A stretch of DNA of 63,913 bases, filler included, from Folioceros fuciformis (Eukaryota): the NCBI GenBank assembly GCA_049999805.1. It is 5 parts of 5 records of this genome, joined end to end, with 100 filler letters (N's around TTAATTAATTAA, not from the genome) between each part and the next. Parts side by side here need not be neighbours in the genome. Positions count along the whole stretch, not along the records: positions 43,093 to 56,292 come from JBNGIO010006373.1; positions 56,393 to 61,273 come from JBNGIO010006378.1; 3 more parts are not named here. One strand, given 5' to 3'. The notes below the pieces were generated by a model. That model had not been told where the DNA came from. It did not search any database and saw only the letters and a list, made by a program, of their open reading frames with translations. Position numbers and translations under genes: made by a program. This document shows positions 46,240-59,300 of this stretch, one piece after another (the first letter of the stretch is position 1; every line of letters starts with the position of its first letter).

Positions 46240-46310
46240 TGCACCGGCCGGGAATCGAACCCGGGTCTGTACCGTGGCAGGGTACTATTCTACCACTAGA
46301 CCACCGGTGC
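46240..46310 (-). tRNA. tRNA-Gly (GCC)
   Basis: GCACCGGTGGTCTAGTGGTAGAATAGTACCCTGCCACGGTACAGACCCGGGTTCGATTCCCGGCCGGTGCA: 71 nt, perfect acceptor stem, A and B boxes, T-run downstream. Confidence 0.97.
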
Positions 46311-46369
46311 AATTAATGACATTTATAAGAAAGTTTTATTATTTATTATTTATTTTATATCATGTGCAG

Positions 46370-46720
46370 TTTTTCCCCAACCAAGGCCCTCTCCAAGACT
46401 TGCTGTCTCCGCCTAGCGTGGAAGAAGCGTGGAGTGAGGAGAACGGAGAAGGTAAAAGACAAGCAGGGCTTCCTGGAGTGGAGGCTTTGAGCAGAACGCG
46501 CTAACCTGGTGCAAAAGCTCCCCATCGACAGGACGACAGCTCAGTGGCAACCAGACGAAATCCTGAAGGCTAGCACATTGACCGCACGGTGAGGCTTCAG
46601 CAATCCGTGAAATGTGAACAAGGTCCTGTTCAATCGTTAAAGGTTTTCCTGACCTTGATGCGCATTCGGAGAAAGTTAGTTCACTGAAGACCATGATAAA
46701 GCGAGTTGCGACTTGAATCC
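46370..46720 (-). pseudogene. Duplicated remnant of AAR2 3' exons and introns
   Basis: DFVWLPLSCRPVDGELLHQ and flanking DNA match 50240-50555 of the intact AAR2. Confidence 0.8.
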
Positions 46721-48350
46721 TTCAAAGAGCTTGCTGGTATCTTCGTTCATGCTAGTACGTTGGCGGTTCGGCAAGCGTTAATCCATGTACGCATCATCCC
46801 CTGCCTGGACGTTTTTAGTTGACAACTCCGTATCCTGAATGAACAGTTTTCCAGGGTCTTGGATGTCAGCTTCTGTCTCACTAAAGGCATCTGCATCTGT
46901 AAGCAGAAACGCTGATCATTCCCATTGGATAGGAGGACTGCCTTTTCCACTGAATAATCCAGGGACTTCATGATTCAAGGTGGCCACTTCCTTGACAAGG
47001 TCTTCAGATACATATCCTTTCGGCTTTGTCATTGCTATAGGTTGATTCTGTGAGGCAATGACCTTCCAAAGGCAAGGTTGGCATTACGAACCTTCTGTGG
47101 ATTGCTTATGGGAAGAAGGCTACGGATGTCTGAGCCTAGACGATAGAAAGTTTGAGGATGATACCTTCATAGCAACGCATACTGGCCCGTGTTTTTTCTC
47201 TCTCTGTGGTATGGTTTCAACTTGGTTGTCAAGACCCCCGACCTTGCCTCGCAAAGTTGCACTTCCACAGTTTTCCATAACCTGCACCGAGTGCGAATGC
47301 CTTGATATCGGGGTGAGGTTCGCTCGAACGCGTTTATGGTTCACTGGCGGGCTACGTTCCCTGTTCACCTTTTAATGTGCCACTGAAAAGTTCCCCTGTT
47401 ACAGCGACATTCATATTCGTTTCTCACAGTCAAGGCATACACGGCGAACACAACAACGTCCTTTTTCACTACACTTTTCTTCAAAACACTGCAAAAGGAG
47501 CCCAACAAGTCCAGCTCCCAAAGCATCAACAGCCTCCACCGGATGCCCTTGTCCACACAGCTTGCTGACGACGAGGAAGAAACGGAAAAAGTGGAGGAGC
47601 TGAAGTGGGGGTTGAAGAGAAGGAAGAGGAGGAAGAAGAAGAGGGGGCCCAAAAAAGAAACGAGGAAAAGGAAGGGGAAGAAGCAGTAGAAGGAGACACC
47701 CTGGGAGACAGACAACACCTGGACGTAGCTTAACGCAAGACCTCCTCCATCACTGCGAGCATCATGCGCATGGTCCTACGCTGATCTGCAAGCCAGGGTT
47801 CAAACTCAGGGGACAGATGGCCACCGTGCATTAGCTCAATCTCACCTGGACATTGTCCCATCTCTTTGGAGCCGTGTCTTCGCCAAGAGAAAAATAAGAT
47901 AGACAAATCTATCTACCCTAATAAGAGAAATAAATTGTAAAAGATTAAAACTAACTCCTCAACACTAATGACTACCAATAGCACCTACAATAAACAATCC
48001 CAGAAGAGTTAGTGGACACCGCCTCCCGTGTCATATGGCATTTGCTCATGGGAATCAGCGCCTACGAATGTTAAAGCCGGGAGGCTCCCCGGCTTGTGGG
48101 GCAGCGGAGATCCTGACTACTACCTATCTCTACAGAAGAATGAAGAGATACTGAGCGGAGATCCTGAACAGTGACGACCCCTCCCCGACACGACAAACCC
48201 GTCCAATTCCGTCTGCCTGAACGCGTTTGTGCATGTACGGTGATGGCTACAAAGCGTTGAAGAAGCAATGGAGTCGTGCTACCTGTGCTCCGGTTCCATA
48301 GTGCTGCTTGGATTGGCCAAAGTTCGGTGTTACAGTAAGCCATATGTGCT

Positions 48351-49517
48351 ATGGCACTTGTCTCCTCGCCATCCCTTCAGTGCGATGGCAGCCGGCACGA
48401 ATTCGTCGTTCAAATGAAGTCAGGTGAAGGGGAGGACAGCTACTTGAAGAACTCCTCCCCGCAATCGCACATGCTTCAGGTGGTGGAAGCGCCACTGTGG
48501 CACGGGATTCGATCAGCCTCCCGCATTCCAGAGACGGGACATGCAGGCCCCGCCCTGCGCGTAGCAGACCTAGGATGCGCCACGGGCACCAACACCATCA
48601 AAGCTGTGGACAAGCTCCTAGAAAGTCTGGTAGCCCTGTGGGAGTCCAAGTGTGGCCAGCTGCAGCTGCACCCTTTCCCCAAGGACGTCCAGGTTTTCTT
48701 CTCCGACTTGCCCTCCAACGATTTCAACACTCTCTTCCGGACCCTGTCGCCTTCCGGCTCGGGATCCAGGGGCTATTTCGCAGCCGGTGTGCCTGGATCC
48801 TTCTATGGCCCGCTGTTTCCCGCCTCGAGCATCCACGCTTTCACCTGCTTCACTGCGCTGCATTGGATGTCCCGAGTACCGCCCGAGGTCCAGGACAGGA
48901 ATTCCCCTGCATTCAACTTTGACAGGGTGCACGTCCATGGCGCCGGTCCCGCCGTGGAGCAGGCCTTCGCTAGGCAGAGTTCCCGGGATCTGACGGAGTT
49001 CTTCACGAACCGAGCCACCGAGCTGGTACCAGGAGGCTTCCTTGCGCTGGCCATGCTCATCAAACCAGACGATCAGCCTGATCGGCAAGGAATCTGGCGG
49101 TTTCTCTGGGACGCCTTCCACGAGCTAGCTGTCCAGGGTGTTATTCCGCGGGTTCTCATCGAGACCTTCAACATTCCCTACTACTATCCGAGTATCGCAC
49201 AGGTGAGGCAATCTGTGGACCAGGTAGGGCTCTTCGACGTCCACATCCTCCAATCCTGCGGTGAAATCTCCCACCATCCTGCACACAAACGTCAGGAATA
49301 CCGAGCGGATGTCACCAAATTTGCAAAGGACGGTACTTTGGCCTTGAGGAGCATTCTCCAGTCATCCATGCAGGACCACTTCGGTACGGAGTTGAGCAAC
49401 AAGGTGTTCGAGCAGTTCGAACAAGGTATCAGAACCCTTAATCTTCAGCCTGGTGGAGAATATGTAGACGATTACTTCACCACAAGTTATGGTATTGTTC
49501 TTCTGACCAAGAAGTAG
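48351..49517 (+). CDS. SABATH-family SAM-dependent carboxyl methyltransferase (388 aa, intronless)
   Basis: MKSGEGEDSYLKNS..Q, VADLGCATGTN, FFSDLPSNDFNTLF, GVPGSFYGPLFP, ALHWMS, FNIPYYYPS. Confidence 0.96.
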   Translation: MALVSSPSLQCDGSRHEFVVQMKSGEGEDSYLKNSSPQSHMLQVVEAPLWHGIRSASRIPETGHAGPALRVADLGCATGTNTIKAVDKLLESLVALWESKCGQLQLHPFPKDVQVFFSDLPSNDFNTLFRTLSPSGSGSRGYFAAGVPGSFYGPLFPASSIHAFTCFTALHWMSRVPPEVQDRNSPAFNFDRVHVHGAGPAVEQAFARQSSRDLTEFFTNRATELVPGGFLALAMLIKPDDQPDRQGIWRFLWDAFHELAVQGVIPRVLIETFNIPYYYPSIAQVRQSVDQVGLFDVHILQSCGEISHHPAHKRQEYRADVTKFAKDGTLALRSILQSSMQDHFGTELSNKVFEQFEQGIRTLNLQPGGEYVDDYFTTSYGIVLLTKK

Positions 49518-50054
49518 AGCAACAAGTTGTGAAGCGATCCCTTGTGCCCGTGCCGCCCAAGGCCGCGTCGATTATGGCAGGATCGACTTGAGCCATTCAG
49601 CCTAACCTACACACACTCTCACCGACTGTACAGGGGTTAGGCTGAGTTTTTGTCTCTTGCTATGTTTTTGGTTGCAAAGTCCTTGTCTCTTTATCAGGGC
49701 TTTTGCTTTTGGTTGGCAGCTTCTGTTAGCTTGCGGTTTTGGTTCGAACTTCTCCTCCTAACGCAGGCTTTCGGTTGGAAGGTTTGTCTCCACCTGAGTG
49801 TTTACTTGGGAGTAGTAGCTTGGATTTGAGATCAACTTTCCATCTGTTTCTCTACACCAATATGCTACTTTGAGTATAGTAAAGAAAAAAATTATCAAAC
49901 TTCAGATCGTTCACTCCTAGATGAACTCGAGAATGGCCGCTAGATTCAGTTTGGACTGCCCTCTCCTCACTTCGGGCTGTGCTGCATTTGGTGGAGATAA
50001 CACTCATCATCAGTGGTGAATGCCTTCAGAGTGCCCCACGCAGCTACAGACTAG

Positions 50055-52489
50055 CTAAATTTCCATGGCTTCTCTAGACATCGTATCTTCATGGTCTACC
50101 ACGACCGGGGCGAACTGCAAAACCCAGACATTCCAGAATTTCAGCAACACAAGTTCTTGAACTACCAAGTTCATCACAAAACCAGTTTGTCACAGCTAAA
50201 GCAGCACCTCATCGTCCGAGTCGAATGCTTCGTCGTACAGAGGCCAACCAAGGCTGCCTTCCAAAAGTTTTTGTAATCGCCTAGCCTGGAAGAACCGTAG
50301 AGTAAGGCGAACAGAAAGTGAAAGACAAGCTGGACTCTCTAGAGGCTTTAAGCAGAATGAGCTAACCTGGTGCAAAAGCTCCCCATCAACAGGACGACTG
50401 CTCAGTAGCAACAAAACGAAATCCTGAAGCACAGAGACCGCAGGATGAGGCCTCAGCAAACCCTAAACTGTGAACAAGGGCATGTTCAAGCATTCAAGTT
50501 TTCTTCTCACCTTGAAGCGCGTTCGGAGAAAGTTATCCTCTGAAAGCCATGACGAATTCAGGACTGGAACGTTAGGCGTGGCTGCTGCTCCGACTGCATC
50601 CGGCTCCAGACTGAGCTTCAGTTGCCAATACAGGACAACCAGAAACTGCAGGATGCAAGATCAGTAAAGTATTAGGTTTTCTGCTTGATACAAGCACTGC
50701 TCATATCCTGTGCACTTTGTCGTGCTGAGGACAGGCCCAAATACCTTACTGAACAACACCGTTCGCATGTGTAAAGGCTGCATGAGACACAAGACAAATT
50801 CAGCGACAGCCCCACAAGCTACCAACTTCAGAATCTTGCAGTGTGTGCGAACAACAATAACCGAAACATAAGAGTAACGGCAGCTTACTGCTGCTTCACA
50901 GCTGAGCATGAGATTGACGAGCTCTTTCCACTGGCGAAAACCTTCAAGCGATTGCCCCATCTATAACTCCAGATTGTTGACATGAGATGACTTCGCCTTG
51001 AAAATGCTGGAACTGCTCAATCACGTGGGATAGCTTCTGGGACTCACCAGAAAGGCCACAAAGGAAAATTGCAATTCCCCCAAAAGCAGATTCTCATTAT
51101 CCTTAAAATGCTGATGCAACAAACTCTCCAAAGCTGTGCTCTGAACATACCATTAAGCAGCTGTTGAGCACTACGGCCAGAACCCCTCCAAGTGCAGGAT
51201 TTATTGATCGTGTAGACGAGGCACCACACACGCTAAAATGAAGAGAGGATTACCTTGTCCAAATTTAAGGCGGTTAACTCAGAAGCCGAAATTCCTGTCC
51301 TTTTCACAACCTGAGGGATCGGTGTGTAAAAGCATCGCTCGGTAACCTTCGCTTGAGAAGTCTCCACTTCTGATGAGGCCGTAGGAACATCTTCTTCTCC
51401 GGAGAAAGCCCTCCTTTGAAGCTCAATCTGCTTCATGAGCTTCCTTTCAGCAGCGCTTGCAAGATAGGTCTCTGCGACTTGCGCCTCTGCCAGGATGCTA
51501 ATGTTTCCCCCAATAGACTCTGTCTACACAGATGCCAGGTCCGAGATGAGCGCATAAAAAATATTTCAAACCTATAACTCATGAGTGGATCATGGCACCA
51601 GCTCACCTAGCCGGCTGATGACATCAGCCGTGATGTAGTTGGTGAGGTGTTCCCAGGATCCAAAGTGATGAATGTCATAAGCTCCAAGACGCTTGTCAAA
51701 ATCAAAGTTCCGAACTCCTTGGACAAAGCGCTCCTCCTGAGAAAGTTGTCTGCACTTTCCAAGTCAGTTGAGGCACAAGCAAACGATTGACACAAGTTCA
51801 CGTTCAGTATCAGAGGGTTAAGTGGTCCTTCACCTCAGTGCTATCCGAAACTCTGATGAGGGTCTCAGTCTCTGTATCCCACCTTCGGACAATCACCTGT
51901 ATGCAATCATCTCCATAACGAGTTGCTGTAGCCTATTTCCAGACATTCCTGACACCGGCAGACATTTCAAAGCCAGCCTCTCAACCACAACAGCCATCCA
52001 ATATCCGACCTGGGAAGTACTGAGGTGCAGAAAAAATCCAGTAACAGGTGAACCATCATGTCCATGTCTGTCAACACAACCGGTACCACAATGCAATTTT
52101 CTTAAGCATCCAACGCGACCAACGAGTTATGTGCTAGCAGCTGAACTTCGTGAACTTACTTGCTGCTGGAACTGTAGTACACAAAGTGTGGACCAGGGGG
52201 AAGCATCTTCACTCCTTGGAAGTTGGGTCCAAGAACAAACATCTAAAATACACACAAGTAAGCCTCCCAACCCCGTCAACGTGGCGCAACCCAGGCATCC
52301 TGGCCCGTCAATAAGGAACGACGAAAGAGCGGAAACACACATAAGGAGACACCCAACCTGCATGTCAATCCCCAACATCGTTGTCGAAGGGACACCCAGC
52401 AGCAGGAGGGAACCTCCGGCCTTCGTCAATTCCAAGGCCCTCTGTGGATCCAAGTGCACATCGTAAGGGGCCTGGTCGGAACCTGCCAT
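50055..52489 (-). CDS. AAR2: AAR2 homolog (U5 snRNP assembly factor), about 11 coding exons
   Basis: Exons read SLLLLGVPSTTMLGIDMQ / FVLGPNFQGVKMLPPGPHFVYYS / GFFLHL / VRNFDFDKRLGAYD / ELTALNLDK / LLGELQFSFVAFL / MGQSLEGFRQWK / DNFL / DSDDE / FAPVVV...EI*, with GT-AG introns. Confidence 0.9.
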
Positions 52490-54444
52490 TTTCACCACTT
52501 CGGCACGAATGAAAAATTCCTTGGGTTCTTAACCCCAGAACGACGAGGCTCACTCACTTTTCGTTCCCCCCTTCCCTTTCGCCAAATTTGCTGAACATGT
52601 GGTCCTAACAAAACTGTGCTAGGTCTCAAATAAAACCCGACAATGAGAGTGCACAATCGTTTTGATCAGAGATCGAGAAATGCATCCCACTACACTTGAC
52701 GCGAATCGGACTCACAACTATCGGATCCCGAATTAGATACGCCACCATTGCGCCACGGATCCAAATACATCCTTACCCAATCTTTAGCTAGTTTATATAT
52801 TATTCAAAAATATCCAGTAGCCTTCCAAAGCAAATGGGACCTTCCGATATCACCTCCATGGTGGGAGAAGGAGAGGCAGGAATCTCCAACACCCAAGATC
52901 CCTACAACAAGAGAAGAGGATAAAAAAAGCTCTACAATATCCCCTCCAAGAATGAAGGAAGGCTTAACCTAGAAGGGATCGGCACACTGTTTCTTCTCCA
53001 TACTTTAATTCATGAAGATACATTGAAGAAAGGCTTTAATTCATGAAGATACAATGAAGGAAGGCTTATCCTAGAAGGGATTGGCACACTGTTTCTTCTC
53101 CATCCTTTAATTCATGAAGGTACAATGTTTGTTTCCTTCTTCCAGCCCCCTCCATTTCTCTTGTTTTGACGAGGCTTCCAACTGGTAGCCCCTGGTCTTG
53201 AAAAGTCGGGGTAGTCTACCTCTCTTTTGCATCCACACACACAGTAATTCATGACCGACTCCACGTCCTGATTCATCCCGAAGAGGCGATTGTGGCAGCA
53301 TTGTGAGAACTTTGTTGCTCTTCATTGCTTTTAAGTACGCTAGGATTGTGAAATGATGTGGGATCGTGACACAAGTGGCTAAAGTTGCTTGATTCGATGT
53401 GTGTTTGCAACAACGTGCAAGGGCAACAAGGAGAGGCGTACATGGGCACATCCGTCATGGCTCACAATGTAGGCAAGGCCATGTACTTGGGTGCGCTGAG
53501 TGTGGCTGTAGCGTTGCTGCTTGTGCTGTTGGAGATAGCCCAACTGGTTGCTGCTCAGGCCTTTTTATGCCCATCGCCCTGTTAGGAGTGGTTTATTATA
53601 ACATATCAAAATTAGTTAATGAAGAGTACCCTAAAGTAATTAAGGTGCCCTAACATGGGTTTTCTAGATAAGGACTAAGAAGCATCTTCCAGATAAAGAC
53701 AAAGGAGCATCTTCTTGAAGGGGCAAGCCAAAGTCAAGCCCACAAGGGAAGGGATAAGTCAAGGACCAATAGCATGGAAGGCCTAGGAGCTTATAAAGGC
53801 CTAGCCTACCCAAGGATAGTGCATACTTGTGTGCCATCTTCTTGTAGAAGTGTGCCTAGCACACTTATGTCCCATATTGTGTAAGAACAATGTATGACCT
53901 CTCTATAAAGGCCTAGATCCTTGGAGAATATGCCCTTAACCATCGAGTTTGACGCATACAATCAAATAAACTTCGGTGGCTCGCCGGCAGTCGATTGCTT
54001 GCTCACAACCCCAACCCAGTCGATTGCTTGCTCACGACCCCAACCATATTTGCAGTCTTAGACCCCGGTTTCCCCATCATGCCGTATCAATGGTTTTCCA
54101 GTTTGTGTTATGACACTTTGTGCCGCTCCCGATTAGGGTCGACCGAGTTTTACCACCCGGAACCCTTGTGATGAATCCTGATGACTCTGCTAACGCACCT
54201 ACTCGCTTGATTGTCTCTTGTAGCGGATACGTCAAAAATTGCTTTTGCTACTAACTTAGTGATATATCGGAAGAGATGCCTCTCACCTCATCTCGTTCCT
54301 AAGGCTTGAACACCTAAGGGGTTCGCCATAGTCATCAGGAGCGCGCGCTATTGCAGAACTCTGGGTGCGTAATCGTTTGTCCTCTCAACTTTAGGTGAAG
54401 CACTTATAATTATACACGCATTATCAATTCTCTGATTGTTGTCA

Positions 54445-56292
54445 TTTTTTTTTCGCGAAGAAAATATTCAGATTAATATTGCCGTCCTCTTACAATACTA
54501 AGGGAACCCCTGCCTACATATTTACATAGCATGAGCACAAGATTGGGAGAAAAATCGACCTCGTGTCCAGCCCTCTGGACAAGGCGAGGAAAAAGCTCCC
54601 CACCACCTTGATATTAATGGACTCCTACGACCATCCAGTCTTAACCCTCAAATTCCCCCGAGGAACATGGGGCTCACTTTCCCTTAAGGCAGGCGTGATT
54701 CCAGTGATCGTCATTCCCAGTAACTAGGAAGCCTGCCGACCTCCATTCGCTCTGCTTGAATTGTTTCCGATGGGACTCCCTCAAACTTTCTGCCGCAATC
54801 AGTATATGCTCCCAAAGGTGCCAAAGTAGAGCCTTAGATGAGGCTGGCTCCTTACCTCCATAGACCACGGCAGACCAGTTGACCCAAAGATGAAAAAGGC
54901 AAGAAGACCACAGTAAACCCTACCATTGCACCTGAAGTAGAGCTTTGCCCGAGGTTGAATCCAACCCATAGAGGGCAGTTTGTTTCGTGATCCTGAGGCT
55001 GGTGCCAGGGAGAATCCTTTGCAACCAACTGCCCATCTCACTCCATATCTCTTGGGCGAAACTACAGTGGAAGAACATGTGCTGGCTTTTGTTTGGGGCA
55101 CCATAGGAGCATAGTCGACGCTGGTCTTCTCCCGTAGCAACCAACAACTCATCCCAACGATCCGCAATAGGCAAACAAGCTTGAAAAAAGCATCAAACCG
55201 TCGCCCTAACCTTGGGAGGAATACCTACTGACTTCCAAAGCAACTTGATAGCTTCCCTTTGTCGCCTCACAGATGACTGTAACCTGGGAGCCATTGGTCA
55301 CCGTTGCTTGAGTTTCCGCGCTCGTACCATCCAAAGGAAGATGTCCGCCTTTAGGAAGTTGAAGAAGGACCGAAGGTTGACCGCCTTGCACCCTGGCCTC
55401 TTGGGCCATTTGTAGAGATTTGGTCTTAAGGCCAAATCCCAATTTTTGACGAGCCAAAACCAACATCGCACGACTGGTTTGACCGAGGTTTGTGGCCCAT
55501 TAGAACGTTCGACTTGAGTGCACCACCGCCCTGCGCGAACAGACTTTGAGAGGACCGTGATGGCCCTTAGTTCCCCTCTTTGGATATCACCATCATCCCT
55601 GCCCTGATCTTCCAAAAGCACTTCAGGTGACAAGACCTTGAATGACCACAATTCTTCTTTGTCAGCCGTACCTGTAAGCCAAATAGCCCCATCTAATTCT
55701 AGGTCATCCTTCTGCTCTTCCTCCTCAAAGTTGACTCCCTTACTATCCATAGAGTACGCATACCACCCCTCAGCGCCCCAGTAGGTTGTTGCCTTAACAC
55801 CTGTTGTACCTTATCCTCTAACCCTCTTGCAGCCATGAAAAAATGAGCCTAACATGTTTAGTTACTAATCCAAATTCACCCTTGACTTCCTCCCTCCTTC
55901 CAGCGGGCCTCTATTTTATTCCATAAGTGACCAAGCTGGATAACTCCTTGCCGACATGCCAATCCGAAGATTTGTGACCGATACACTCTTGCCCTAAACT
56001 CTTGAGCCCACAACCTCAAGAAACCTTGCAAAGGAACACCTAGAACATCATCAACATGCACAGGGTTACTAGGGATAATGCATCGCGCAACCTCTAAGTA
56101 GCTACTCTAGATTGACTTGAATAGTGGGGAGCACTCTACCGTATCAAGAAGTAGTTTATCAGCAAAGATGTTGTGGATAGACCTTCTTCCCCTAGGGAGA
56201 GCTTAGGAGCACTCCAGATGTTGTGTTAGCAAGCTCTTCCAGGGGTAGTAGGCAGGATCCGCCGCCCTGACAACCCACTGAGCATGCAAGAC
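54445..56292 (-). mobile_element. Degenerate LINE (L1/Tx1-like) ORF2 3' region with poly(A)
   Basis: Degenerate RT motif (IFAD near 56160), C-terminal HMFFHC zinc-finger segment, and 3' end aatctgaatattttcttcgcg(A)9 shared with the 35183-35814 copy. Confidence 0.8.
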
Positions 56293-56392
56293 NNNNNNNN
56301 NNNNNNNNNNNNNNNNNNNNNNNNNNNNNNNNNNNNTTAATTAATTAANNNNNNNNNNNNNNNNNNNNNNNNNNNNNNNNNNNNNNNNNNNN

Positions 56393-59300
56393 ATGTGCAT
56401 CAACATTGTGTTCATCAAGGTTGTCCTGATCAGCAAGTCCTAGAGCAGCATGCTGATCATCTTCATCATGTTGTTCATATTGAATAGGATTCTGGTGAAG
56501 AGGCTGTCCATGTAGATCAGCTGGGACAGCTGTTGGTACAACTAGCTGTGCACCAGATTGTGTGCCAAGTTGTAGAAGCTTATTCACAGCTGCATGATCA
56601 GTATTATCTGGTGACTCTCCGTCAGACTGAGGATAATGAAAGGCAACATCAGCAGGAACCATGTCCTCGAGCAATGGCCCTAGTGGAGATGAGCCTCTAG
56701 CATCGTTCCTTATTTCCTGTTTAGTCTGAGGGAAGACAAGTTCCTTACAGGTAGCACTCCTAGACAGGATGACCTTAGACGTGTCTGGATCATAAAGTTT
56801 GTACGCCTTGGACTCTTCAGAGTAGCCAATAAAAACCAGCTGCTTAGCTCTATCGTCTAACTTTCGTCTTTTGGCCTCAGGTATGAAGGCAAAGGCAGGG
56901 GATCCAAAAACCTTAAGGTGTGACAAACTTGGCTTCCTTCCCCAGAATGCTTCATAGGGTGTTTTCCCTGGAAGGGCAGAGGTCACCAATCTATTCAAAA
57001 TGTAAGTAGCAACTACTGCTGCTTCTGCCCAATACCTCTTAGACAGACCTGAGTATGATAACATGCTTTTGGTCATCCCCATGATTGTTTGATTCTTCCT
57101 CTCAGCGACTCCGTTTTGCTGTTGTGTGTAGGGCACCGACAGCTATCTGATGATTCCAAACTGCTGAAAGAGATCATCAAATCTGTGGCCAGTGAACTCG
57201 CCTCCATTGTCGGTTCAAAAACACTTGACCAAATGCCTTGTTTGGCGCTGAACCATGGGAATCCAGGAAGCTATCTGTTCATATACATCACTTTTCTGCT
57301 TGATAGGAAATGTCCATGCATATCGTGTGAAATCATCTGTCAATTTTAGGTAGTATTCTGCACCTCCTAACGACTTGACTTGGATCCTCCCAGCAATATC
57401 ACCATGGATAAGTTCAAGCACTTCCTTAGCACGATTGGGTGCTTTATTTTTAAAGGGCAGCTCTTTCTGCTTAGACAGAATACAAGAGCTGCATGCTTCT
57501 AGGTGCTTGAAGCAGGAGGGTAGTTTTTCCCTATACAAACTTGAGTTGGCCATGACATCTAGCTTAAACTTGTTGACATGACCTAACCTCGCATGCCAGA
57601 GGTTAGCTTGTGCATTGGATGTAGCAACTAGTGCCCTAACATGATGCTTAGAAACTGTGACCAACTGGTACAGATCATTGACTAGGATGGCTTTAGCGAC
57701 GTAGTTGTGAGGATCAGAGAGATTGTAGATATAACACTTTCTGTCCTCAAACCTAAAGCCATACTGCTGACTCTGTGCCACAACCCTAATAGATAGCAAG
57801 TTTTTGCTCATATCAGGTACATACAACACATCTTCAAGACGTAAGGATGCACCACCAAACAAGGTATGAACACAACACCACAGCCTTTTACCTCCACACC
57901 TCTTGAGTCCCCAACGTACACTGACTGTGGAGATGTCTGTCTGTGGAAGGTGGAAAAGAGTTGCCTGTTGTTGCAAACATGCGCTGTAGCACCAGGATCG
58001 ACAAACCAAGAGGAAGATGTTTCTATGTAAGAAGTTAAGCGCACAGTCATAACTGAGCTGCTACTTTTGTGGTTTGGGTGATTCGGAGAATTGGATTTGT
58101 CCTTTGAGGTGACATGTGCCTCAGGTCTGCTGTCCTTCTTGGCTTCACCTGCTTTCTTTTTCCGACAATCCCTTTCCCAATGTCCTGGAGTTTGACACCA
58201 GTGACAATTGCCTTGCTTTTTTGTAGTGACTGTAGCGGAGGTTGAGTGTTGAGGTGAGTTTCCCTTCTTACCCTTCCCCTTCCAAGGTCCTTTGCCCTTA
58301 GCTGCAAAAAGGACCTTCTCACCACGAAGACGAGAGCCACCTTGCTTGTGACGACTCTGCTCTTCTTGCATGAGTGCTCCAATGACAGCATTCAAGTTCA
58401 ATGTAGTCGGTTGACCACTAGAAGCTGCTTGATAGGCAGCATGAAGTGCTGTGTTCTGACTTGATATAAACGTCTGATAGGAAGGAGGAAGGCCGGTCAA
58501 CAGTTGAGCTACCATTTCCACATCAGTCGTCTTGGCCCCAAGCGCGGCAAGCTGTGCCCGCAAGTACCTCAACTTTGTGACGTAGGCTCCAACTAGATCC
58601 CCTTCCTTCATCCGCAGACTGTGAAAGTCACTCCTAACGTGGATAAAGGCACAAACATTCTGCACCTGGTACGTGTCAACAAGTTGAGTCCAAACATCTG
58701 CTGCTGACTCCAGGAAATCAACTTCGGAGACAGTAGTCTCATCCAGGCCTGAAAGTAAGATGGCAAATGCTATCTTATTGCCTTTATTCCACTTAGCAAA
58801 ATCATCTGATGTAGGCTGATTCTGTGCCGTGGCTGGGATGGTCGCAGGGTTGGGAATTGTCCCATCAACGAACTCCCATACATCCCTGGCATTGAGGTTT
58901 GCTTTCATTCTTGCTTTCCAGCTTTCAAACTGGGCAGGTTTACCATCAAACCTGTCCTTTTCTTTGAACTCTCCTGAATAGGAAGAGCCAAAAGATGTTG
59001 TTGGATTATTAGCCATGTTAATAGTTCCTATAGAGGCTGTTAGACCCACTGAAGGAGGTAGTGACGTCTGCTGTTGCAGGTATGCAGGCAATACGGATAC
59101 TGGAAACTGTGCTGCAAGTGACTGTAGAATATTAGCTTCTGAGTTTGAAGACTCGTCAACCTCACTTCTTGAATCTAGCCAAAAATGACTAGACATGAAC
59201 AATCGTAAAGCGAACCGGTAAATTACAGCACACAATGCTTCATTAGGTTAGAAACCTGTTCATGCTAGAAATGATATGAAACGTTACTATTAGGGCAGAA

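Noticed and set aside
46750-47350. Possible hAT/BED zinc-finger remnant (GKLWKCNF) on the minus strand
   Set aside because: A single short motif amid stops; insufficient evidence.
44476-52489. SABATH-AAR2-tRNA region as a biosynthetic gene cluster
   Set aside because: Only one enzyme class is present; AAR2 is a housekeeping splicing factor and the layout is explained by tandem duplication.
52960-53990. Possible solo LTR with short direct repeats upstream of AAR2
   Set aside because: No TSD, PBS or second copy to define boundaries.
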